Part shown: in pieces, positions 54,404 to 64,000 of the stretch
Layout of the letters: every line of letters starts with the position of its first letter
Numbering within the stretch: position 1 is the stretch's first letter
Source of the DNA: Camelus dromedarius
Lineage: Eukaryota
Reading direction: 5' to 3'
NCBI RefSeq assembly: GCF_036321535.1
Contig: NC_087437.1
Location: forward strand, 72,728,001 to 72,792,000
DNA: 64,000 nt
Made by a program: the position numbers and the translations under genes
The notes under the pieces: model-generated
The model's input: only the letters and a program-made list of their open reading frames with translations
What the model was told of the DNA's origin: nothing
Databases searched by the model: none

Positions 54404-56859
54404 CTGCATTGAACAGAAGACAAAAGGACAAAGATTTCATTCATTCTAAAGCTTACAGAGGAATAGTTCACAAGTTGTACAAAAGCCAATAACCATTACA
54501 ACTTTAAGAGCTGAGTTCCTGGGCTCTCTGCTTGAAACCTGCTCTCAGAGATCTTTGTCGGCAGGATCACGTTGTCAGTTCTACTAAAACAGTGCTGACA
54601 GAAGGAAGGCTGATACTTACACCATTGTCCTTGATGTGTCCATTACGAATAAGCAGCAAAAGAATAGTTCATTTAAGTTAATTGTGCAAGTCATAAAAAT
54701 GGTTAAGATTTACTTCACTCGAGTTAATGAAAATGTGCAAGGTCCAGTTTGTTTCAAAAATGAAATTTTACTTGGCGTTTGCTAGTTGAATGAAGCCAAC
54801 ACGTGCTAGTGAAACAATTCCAAATGAAATTATCATTCATCTTTCTTGGTCCTTGTGGGCCAGCTGTATGGGCCTGGTAGAAAATCCCACCAATTTGATG
54901 GTCTGTTTTAACTCAAAAAACTGCAGTTCCCAACTGCTCCTCCTCTGGGTGGGGGAGTCAAGGGTGGCAGGCTGGCCTCACAAGATATTTACATCACATC
55001 CTCTTGGATCAACACATACATGATGGTTCTCTGTTTACTGGGGAGCTGTCTCATCAGCACCACATGGAACTCTTTAAGAGGAACACCACTTAGAGCTGCA
55101 GCAGGGAAAGACTGAGGCTGCAGACCTCTCAGATGGATAAAAGACCTACCAGTGAAGAACAGAGCACGAAAGCTAAGTCAAAGACAACAGATTTCCCAGA
55201 GGGTATGTCCGTCCCTAATGTGACCTAAGGAATTGGCTCAGTTTTTTCTTCATGAACCTAACATGAGGATTTCTATTATTTAAGGGAAAAACAAATTAGA
55301 AAAATAGAGATCAAACATCCCTTCTGTTTCACTACATCTCACAAGAATCTTTTTACATGATACTGTTAACAACTCGATTTTTACAAATCTATCCATTTGG
55401 TATAAAAGTCTAGTTTTTCTTACTCTCTAAGGAAATGCTTTCAACATAAATATGGCATAGTGGCTAACCCAAACTTTGTTGTCTTCAGCCAGAGGGAAAA
55501 AATTTACTTAAAAAGAAGTTTATAAATATCACAGAAGAATGCCTTAACAGAAAACAGACTTGACCCACAAGTGAACAGTTATAAATGAGAGCCAAAAAAT
55601 AATCATTTGTTTATTATTTATAAACTGTAAGAGATATTTTTAGCTTATTAAGAAATTATGAAAAAATAAAGGAGAAGTTCACTCAAGTGTATTTTATTCA
55701 AATGTTAACACTGTGAACCTCTCACACGTTATAAACCACATGTATGAATACCATGGCCTCTGTTAGCTCTTAAATCCCTTCTGGTGATGATGAAAGCCTC
55801 ACTCAAGTGACATATATATTCCACTTATCCACACACATATACACACCATTAATTATACGTACACTAATAATTACACATTATTTCTCATGGTATCAGTGAT
55901 TACTCCCTGGTGACATTAGTAAAGAGGCCGAGCAGTCTGAGCTGAAACCCAGCCTGCTTAGAGGGAAGGGTATGAATCCCACTAACGAATGCGCTGAGAG
56001 GCCACTGCTGGCATCCCCATTCACATCCTGGGCAAACCTCCATCATTGCATTTACACAGTTTACTGAAATCGTATGTTTTGTGTCTCTCTTCCTCATGAG
56101 ACTATAAGTATGTCAAGGGCAAAGATCATGTCATTTATGTGCACTCTTGCTATCTAGCACTGCGCTTGTTCAAAAGTCAGGGCCAATATAAATTGACCTA
56201 AACTTTACTATGTTAACACAATAAATCGAATCTTCTCAATGAGAACCTCACCTCTGGAATTGCATTATAGCATTTTCTTCTAGTCCCACAAAGACTACTT
56301 GAAAAATGCAATGTACTATTACAAAGAAATAGACTATGCTGAGAGTCCAAAACATCCACATAGAATGAAAGCTCAGTCCACATTAAAAGCCCTCTGGGAA
56401 GTTTGTCCTGGGCCACTGGTGCTCTGTGTCAGCTCAGTGAGCCTTTAGCAGGGGTGAAACAGAGTGGCTCAGCCACAAACCAGGGCAGTGACTCAGTTAA
56501 GTGCCCTGGGAATCTCTCAGGACGTCAGTGGTCTCTTTTTAGTTTCTCCCAATCAAATACAAAGGTTAGTAACTCTCTACGGGCCTTTCTTATCTGAGAA
56601 TTCCATTGAATTTATAAAGTACAATGGGTATGTTTAAAATGTACCAGCCATGTGTGTATGTGGGAAAAATCATCTTAGGACAATAAGGAGTATATATATA
56701 CACACACCCCTCCCTAAAGGGGATACATGAAGAATAAAGTTGAGGACAGTGGTTGATTCCCTCTCTAATGACCCCCAACTCTGCTCCGACTCACTCTCCC
56801 TAAGGAACTCTAGTGCTTGACAAAGGACATGACACTCGGTTTAAAAGGTACATACATAC

Positions 56860-56959
56860 CTCTGAGCATCCTCCGAGATTCTGAGTCTTTGGTCATGGTT
56901 GCCAGGGAGTGGGGGAGCACGCTGCCACAGCTGTTGCTTTGTCCCAGGGGCAGGTGGCC
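56860..56959 (-). CDS. PHLDB2: PHLDB2 internal exon (100 nt)
   Basis: tttcacag|GGC...AGAG|GTATG; GHLPLGQSNSCGSVLPHSLATMTKDSESRRMLR(G). Confidence 0.93.
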
Positions 56960-58127
56960 CTGTGAAAACCAGGGAAATAATTCAGGCAAACAGCAGGCCC
57001 AGTGGTCCTTCCGGACATGGTCACATCGCTGTTTCCACAGCTCCTATCTTGGTACAGAGGGCAGGGAAGGTAAGGCTCTGCATCCCGTGTGTTGATGTCC
57101 CTCCCCAGGAGCTCCACAGCAGTCTCAACATCACAGCCATTCCTCCAGTGGCAGCAATTCCCAGACTGAAGACAGATGGGGAAAACACTGTCCAAAACCA
57201 CCTTAGAGAACAACTCAAAGTCCTTCATGCATGAGGAGCAGAGGGCAGATGCGGGGTCAAGAATGCATGCACATCATGCACAAGGACAGAGAAGATCTAC
57301 ACTCATTACAAGGGCACCAATTTCCATCCACTCCTAGTTATCAAATGGGCTGACAACTGGAGAAACTTATTAATTATCCCTGTGGTTTCAGCAGTCTTTT
57401 AAAATAGCAAAATCCTTAGTGTAAAATATACCTGGAATGCCAGTTTATAAAATAGATGAAAACAAAGTTACTCTGATTAAGGGCAAGGGAAGGATCCCAG
57501 AGTATGTCCCACTCAGGACCTCCTTCTCAGTTTCCCTTCCCCTCTTCCTGCAATGACCCCTGGGCAAGTCAGCAGAACAGAAGTGAAGGCGACTCAGGCA
57601 TCACACCTCAAGGGTTCACATTCTTGCGTCAGTGCCACCAGCTGAGGGCACGGGGGCCAGCCACGTGGCTTCTCTCCACCTGGGTTTACCCACGTGCATA
57701 ATGGGGATGATAATAATTAGTACTTTCACTGCATAGTGCTGTTGGGTTTTAAAATGAAACAATCCACATAAAAGGCTTGGCCCAGTGTCAGGCTCAAAGA
57801 AATAACTCAGTAAGTATTTGTTGCTATTATTCCTGGAATCCAGGGCTTCTATCCTCCAATTTCCAGATCTGGGATGCAGCTATGGGAGTGTGTCACGGAA
57901 GTGAATGCTACTCACCACTGGACTGGGTAGGTGCTTTGGTACCAGAGTGTATAATTTCAAATGTCCTCTGAATGGGTAGGAAATGCAATTTAATTACGAT
58001 GTCTGCCTAACAAGCAAACTTACTGGTTCATTATAGAGCATTTTCTTTAAGGGCCTTTGCACATCAGTCAACAAGAGGACAAATGGACTCAGTGAAGGTG
58101 AAGCCCGTGGTTCTCCCCATGTCCTAC

Positions 58128-58268
58128 CTTCGGGGCGGTGCTCCTCCCCATAGTAGCACTGCTGAAATGTGGGGATATGGAAGGGGTGCTTTTCTTTCGA
58201 GGCAAAGTGTCACTCAGATAGAGGCCTTCTTGATGCTGTTTTTTCCTTTCTTCCAGACTTCTAAAGTG
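58128..58268 (-). CDS. PHLDB2: PHLDB2 internal exon (141 nt)
   Basis: ttaaag|CAC...AAG|GTAGG; HFRSLEERKKQHQEGLYLSDTLPRKKSTPSISPHFSSATMGRSTAPK. Confidence 0.95.
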
Positions 58269-60040
58269 CTTTAAATGCAAATGTAAAGCAGAATAGCACA
58301 ACTTGACTAACTGAAACAGGTCACTGAGGAAATTAGGAAGTATGCATTTACAAGGAAGCTTTGGAATTTTAACACAGAATTAAAAAAAATTATTCAGCTT
58401 GTACTCGTGTTCACTAAGAGACTTGGGCTAGCATTTGGTAAGATACATAGATACTGGAGGAGTCTACTACTGAACCTAGAAAAATTTTTTTTAAAAATCC
58501 ACCTGTCCCTTTCACAGTAGTGCCTGCTGCCTTGGGGCCTCAGGACAACTTACAAATTATTATGATGGTTGCCATGTGGATGGCGGAACAGCCAGTGGAC
58601 AAAGCAAGTAAGCAGTTTCTCCCCTTGTCTGTCTGGACAGTGCTGTGTGATGGCACAGATCCCAGTTTGAGGAGAACACGAAAAGGGAGAAGAAAGAAGA
58701 CGGAGACAAAGAGTAAACAGGGAAGTTGCTTTAAAGTTGGAATCATTATCTCAATCACATAAACACACTCCAATCCACATAATGTTTCCATGTAAGGCAT
58801 CCTTCTCGATTTAAAAAAGATCCTGGCCAAGAAGCCCCTATTGTAATCCCTCGCATTTAAAAATCCTCCTGTTGATGATTTTATTATTTTTTTTTCTTCA
58901 GATTCCTAAGGCAAAATTTTGGCCAACTTGAAACTTCTCCAAAGTTTTCTTGGCCTCCCCCAAAAATGTCTTTGATAGAAAAGTTACTTCTTAACTACAG
59001 ATTCTTTCGGTTTGACCATTTTTATACCAAACTCAGGCTTTTGAAATATGTCACAATGAGTTCAAATCTGAGTTATCAAATTTACTATCAATCTTCAAAC
59101 ATGCCAATCATGAAGAATATCTGCATTTTAACTTTACAATTATCTATTTATACGTGATATTTATGAACCTAAAAGTTGTGAGGAGATACAGTCTTTTAAC
59201 AGAAGGTAACAGATAGTGAGGGTTCCTGCAGGAAAGGTAAGGGCCGGGCATAGTAAACCAGGGGGCGCCTACTTTGGGGGGCTAATGACTGACCCCTGGG
59301 GCCAAATTCATATATGGATTTGATGATAGTTGAAAGGAGTCTTAAAACAGATTTTTTTTTTTTGAATACCCACACGTGAGTATGCACTGAATGCACTAAA
59401 AGGAGGTCAGCGTCTGGAATAATAAATTATTTACTTTAAAATGTTAAAACAGTTAAAAACTTATTGTTCTCTGGACCACATGCCCTGCTTGTGGTCTGAC
59501 CCTGGACAAGCTACTTACCAACGCTGAGCCTCACTCAGTTCCCTAAACATCAATATGGAGATATTTTATACATCACGGGATTGTTGGAAGGAAGAAACTG
59601 GTAAAGGAAGACACTGGTAAAATGTTTTGCAAATTTTGACTCGTAGCAGAGGAATGCTGTCTATTATGGCTTCAATAATGTGTAAGGAAAATATTTTGTG
59701 TTGACACAGCAACTTTTTACACTGTGGATATTATGGAAATAATTATTATTTTGAAGAATATCCGAGGCAAGTTGCAGTATTTTGGTTGAATGGGATCTGA
59801 AGCATGAGGATGTGAAGCTAGGTCAAACATGCCAAACGCCAGGAGGGGACAATCAAAGTCTCAAACTTTCTAACAATCCCCACACTCTTAGGACATAATA
59901 AAAAATGTCCTTTAAAAAAAAGGAGTATGCACCTTGTTTTTTTAAAAAATACCTTTGGAAAAGTTGAAGAAGAGATTTCCCATAAGTAACTCTGTTGTGG
60001 AGATAACATTCCCACACTCTGACCACCAGCTCCTAATTAC

Positions 60041-60226
60041 CTGCTGCTCCTGCTGCTGCTGCCTCCTGTGTTTCTTAGCTGGTAGAGGAGGAGGTGTGTC
60101 ATTTAAAGGGGAAGGATCGACAGATGTAGCCACGACTTCAGGCCAAGAGGCTGATGGAGGTTGAGTGATAGGATGAGGAGAAAGGGTGGAAGGAAACATA
60201 AATCCAGAACAGACAGGTGATCTTTG
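60041..60226 (-). CDS. PHLDB2: Putative PHLDB2 alternative cassette exon (186 nt, phase 0-0)
   Basis: tttctttctcctataaag|CAA...CAG|GTAATT; open 62 codons QRSPVCSG...DTPPPLPAKKHRRQQQQEQQ; frame-preserving. Confidence 0.65.
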
Positions 60227-60849
60227 CTTTATAGGAGAAAGAAAAAGTATATATGTGTCCATATGAAATGAAAGATTAAGACAAAGAAATGAAATTGATA
60301 ATATGATTGTTCTGTTTTCTTAAATGTTACCCAAGAAGTCATAAATGATGGGCAGTATTTTTCAATTTAGCCTCTTGTTAAAATCCTACACTGTGAGCAA
60401 CTTGAATCAGTACGAGGTGTTTTAATTTACTATTAACTGCCCCTGCCCACATGTTTTAAGGCAGCATAGCATTAAACAAACAAACAAAAAATCCATACTG
60501 CAAAACAAAACAGAAGACAAAATCAAACTGGAAAGATGATTCAAACCAACAATTTTAGAAAGGCTTTGTGGTTTCTAAGAAAACTAGGTTGGGCTAGAGT
60601 GCTGATATGTAGTTTCTTTTCTGAGCTTACTTCTCCTGGTGCTGCATACTCTGTACCAAGTTTCCTGGTTTCCAGGATCATTGGTAGAGCACTACCCCCG
60701 AATCGGTCTGTTTCTCAAACTCAGCATCACCCTGGCCCTCTGGTCAACCAGACATGTCCTTGTCTCCCACACCCTCGTTTTCAGGTAACCGTGGGTTAAT
60801 TTCTGACATGAGAAAAGCAGTGAACAAATGAAATGGCATGCCAACACAC

Positions 60850-60993
60850 CTCTTTATTTTGTGGCTGGCTGACCAGCACAGCTGTGGTAGGCCCAGTGGC
60901 AACAGCGTCAGCGTCAGCAGGGAACTGAGTGGAAGGGGAGAGATTCGTGGAATTGCCACATGGCTCATTAATTTCATTTACAATGATATAGCC
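60850..60993 (-). CDS. PHLDB2: PHLDB2 internal exon (144 nt, phase 0-0)
   Basis: ttttag|GGC...GAG|GTGTGT; GYIIVNEINEPCGNSTNLSPSTQFPADADAVATGPTTAVLVSQPQNKE, matching the remembered LL5-beta sequence. Confidence 0.88.
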
Positions 60994-62054
60994 CTAAAAG
61001 GAGGAATTCAGAAGTTAAACACAAGGAAAGCAAGAGCTGAGGCATGCAAGAGTATTAATGGTCCCAGTACAATGGAGTTAGCTCAGAGCGGCACAGCCTG
61101 GTCTCTGTGGTATTATCAAATGTTTCATTAAGGCAACATGAGCAATTAAAATGGATTTATGGTGCTTAATCTTGAAAATGAGATTTCAAACACTAAAAGT
61201 AAAATTTCAGGTGAAATCAAAATGACTCTATTGTAAATAGCTTTGATTTAAAAGTATCCATCAGTATCAGCATCCATTCCGTTGACTGAATAAGGTTGTT
61301 ACTACACAGCATTTAAAACAATCGCAGGCAAAATAAATCCAAGATATAAAATCGACAACGCAATCACTCTCTAATTCAAGAGGCTTTTCCACAAATCTTT
61401 ATTCCTAGATTCTCCCCTCTACTGCTCCCTGACAAATCAGACAGTGAAGAAATGTAGACTACTGGTTCTTGGGTTTTGCACTAAGATATTTATAAAACAT
61501 GAATTTATTTGCCATGGAATCTAGCTTTTAGGCATCTCAACAAAATGAAAATTAAAAGGCCACTGTCCTCTTGTGAGTATTTCTACATCCAGCTAATTCT
61601 CTCCATCTCTCTTCATTTGTTTGAATCCAGGCCACCAGCATCTCTGGCCTATACTATCTCCATCACCGCCATACTGGTTTCCCGGCATCTCCTTCTTAAA
61701 ATCCACAGAGCAGCCCAGAGTGATATTTAACAAATGGACCTCAGATAATGTCACCTTCCTGCTTAAAACCACTCAGTAGCTTCCCATCTACATAAAATAA
61801 ACCATATTTCTTTAACATGACTCGCAAGACCCGGCCCCTGCCCACCTCGCTAACATAACCTTATTCCACCACAGTCCATTCACAACCACTCTTTATTTAC
61901 TGAATCTGCCGGATCTGTGTTCTAAATAATGGAGAGAAACTATGAAACCTATGAAACCAAACAGTCTAATAAAGCTTTTGCAGAAATATTTCACGAAGTA
62001 CTTCTGAGGCACACATTAGTTACAACTATTATGTGATGAGCATTTACTTCACTT

Positions 62055-62058
<4 letters not shown>

Positions 62059-62104
<46 letters not shown>
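62059..62104. repeat. (CA)n microsatellite
   Basis: Pure CA run of about 45 nt. Confidence 0.95.
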
Positions 62105-62106
<2 letters not shown>

Positions 62107-62304
62107 GTATCTGCATTAGACACAAAGATAATCCCTGAAATCCTCAAAGCATAAATAATGAAAGGCAGGAAGACCATCAAAGCATTGAGTGCTTTCATAA
62201 GTCATTTCTGTTAGTGTTTTTCCTAGTCAGTGAATCACATAGAACTGAGGTGCATCTCCTGACTTCTAAGGTGGTACCAGTGGACATATAAAATCATAGC
62301 TTAC

Positions 62305-62394
62305 CTCTTTCAGAGTACTGGGGTTGACAGGAAACCCTTTCCCCCCTGAAAGGCTGGAGTACTTCTTTTCCAAATTACAAAGATTTTCCTTTTC
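62305..62394 (-). CDS. PHLDB2: PHLDB2 internal exon (90 nt)
   Basis: cttcag|GAA...GAG|GTAAG; EKENLCNLEKKYSSLSGGKGFPVNPSTLKE. Confidence 0.93.
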
Positions 62395-62429
62395 CTGAAG
62401 GAACACAAAACCTATTAAGCTGACTCAAC

Positions 62430-63060
62430 CTTGCATTTCCCTGACGACTACTGACTGAATATTTTACCACGTGACTTATTGACCCTTCTCATATCTTCTT
62501 TTGTGAAGTGTTTGTATTCAAGTCTTTTGTCTGATTTTTAAAAAATTTATTTATTGGTTGTTTATCTATTATTATTGAGTTGTAGTCGTTTCTCATATAT
62601 TCTGGATACAAGTCCTTTGTCATTTCCTCTTTAAGAAATCCTTGCTTACCCCAAGGCCAAGAAGAAGCACTTGCACACTATATCTTTTAGAAAATTTATC
62701 ATTTTAATTTTTATGTTTAGATCTAAAATCTGTCTTGAATTAATTTATATGTGTGGTGTGAGGATGAACGGTGTAGAGGTTCACTTTTTCCCATGTTTAC
62801 CCACTTGATCCAGCACTTTCCTTTCCCTAGTGGATTGTCTTGGAGCCTGTCAAAAATCAATAAACAGTACATGTGGGGGTCTCTTTCTGGACTCTGTTCG
62901 TTTCCTCTTATCTATATGTTTATTTGTATACCAGCACCACACCATCTTAAACACTACAGCTTTAGAGTAAAACTTGAAGTCAAATAGTATAAATCCTGCA
63001 ACTTTATTCTTCTTGCTCAAATTTGTTTTGGCTGTTTGATGCCTTTTACATTTTCATGTA
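62430..63060 (-). mobile_element. Old L1M fragment, continuing after the Tigger to about 63900
   Basis: ttcttttgtgaagtg...atattctggatacaagtcctttg...tcaaaaatcaa...ctctttctggactc, typical antisense L1. Confidence 0.7.
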
Positions 63061-63678
63061 CAGTCTATTCTCATTATTTGCAGTAGCCATGTTGCCACGA
63101 ACACTGAACTAGTGAATCCTGAACCACTGTTTCAAGGGGAAATACAGGGCTGGGTTCCTGTGGGCTTATAGTCACAGTATTTTCATCAATTGATCAACAC
63201 ATAACTTTGTTTTATGTGTGTTTCTGTTTAAAGACATCTTATTAACATAAAGTTGGCTCATTAACATTCAACTCATAGCCAACAGCACTATAATTCAAGC
63301 CTGAATGAAGCTTATCTAACACCTGTATTTTCTCCATAAGGCACATCAAGCCCTCCTGCTCTTAGGAACACCAGACAGTACTTTTGCAGTAGGCTTGTGA
63401 GCCATTTTAAATAGCAAAATCACTAACAAAAAACACAAAAAATGTGAAAACATGGCACTAAACCATCCACAAACAGAACACTTGTTTACAGAGCATTGCC
63501 CTGTTCAGCCTAAGCTGGTAACATGCATGTCCATCAAGTGACTCAAAACATTCACTGCTCTGTGCATGTCCATCAGTGACTGCATGACAAGTATTAATCT
63601 TATTTTAAGGTTACAAATAAACTTTAGTGAACAGGTGGACTCACAAATATGGACTCCACGAATAATGAAGAATGACTG
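63061..63678. mobile_element. TcMar-Tigger (MER2-group) DNA transposon
   Basis: TIRs cagtctattctcattatttg / cgaataatgaagaatgactg flanked by TA at 63059-60 and 63679-80. Confidence 0.75.
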
Positions 63679-64000
63679 TAAATTTCAGCGTCAACTTGTC
63701 AATTTCTTCAAAAACATCTATTAGGATTTTTACTGGAATAGAGATCATCTATAGGTCAACTTGGGGTAATAAAAATCTTAAGACTTACGAACCACAATTT
63801 TTACAGTAGAATCATATTTTATATATTTTAATGAGGACAGAGTATTCCTATTGTGTTCACCTATTTAAAAAAATTCATCATTGGAGACTTTTTCCCTTTT
63901 TACTAAAATTTCAAAACCTTCTGAAATACTGTGTGTTACACTATCTAATTTGAGTTGTGCCTTTGAATCTTGTGAGCAAAAGGTGATGGGGAGGCTAATG

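Overview
Mammalian genomic DNA, probably camelid, judged from three copies of a tRNA-derived Vic-1-like SINE. Three genes lie in tandem on the minus strand in the conserved order PHLDB2 -> ABHD10 -> TAGLN3. (1) The 3' part of PHLDB2 (LL5-beta): 10 reference-type coding exons from 62394 down to the stop at 32891, ending in the PH domain, with a 3' UTR to about 31160. (2) A complete 5-exon ABHD10 (921 nt CDS, 306 aa, GSSLG nucleophile motif) with a CpG-island promoter carrying NRF1 and YY1 motifs. (3) The promoter and first two coding exons of TAGLN3; its remaining exons lie beyond the left edge. The rest is intronic or intergenic with L1, L2, MIR, MER5A, MER63, MER21-LTR and Tigger repeats, all named from remembered consensus sequences. 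The main signal beyond standard annotation is a set of candidate frame-preserving cassette exons in PHLDB2 introns: 15, 21 and 36 nt phase-1 exons in one intron, a 54 nt phase-2 exon, and a 186 nt exon encoding PPPLPAKK, with RBFOX motifs and long AG-free zones nearby. There is also a candidate alternative last exon in a TAGLN3 intron. All of these are read from sequence only and need RNA-seq or conservation checks; some may already be in predicted isoform sets.
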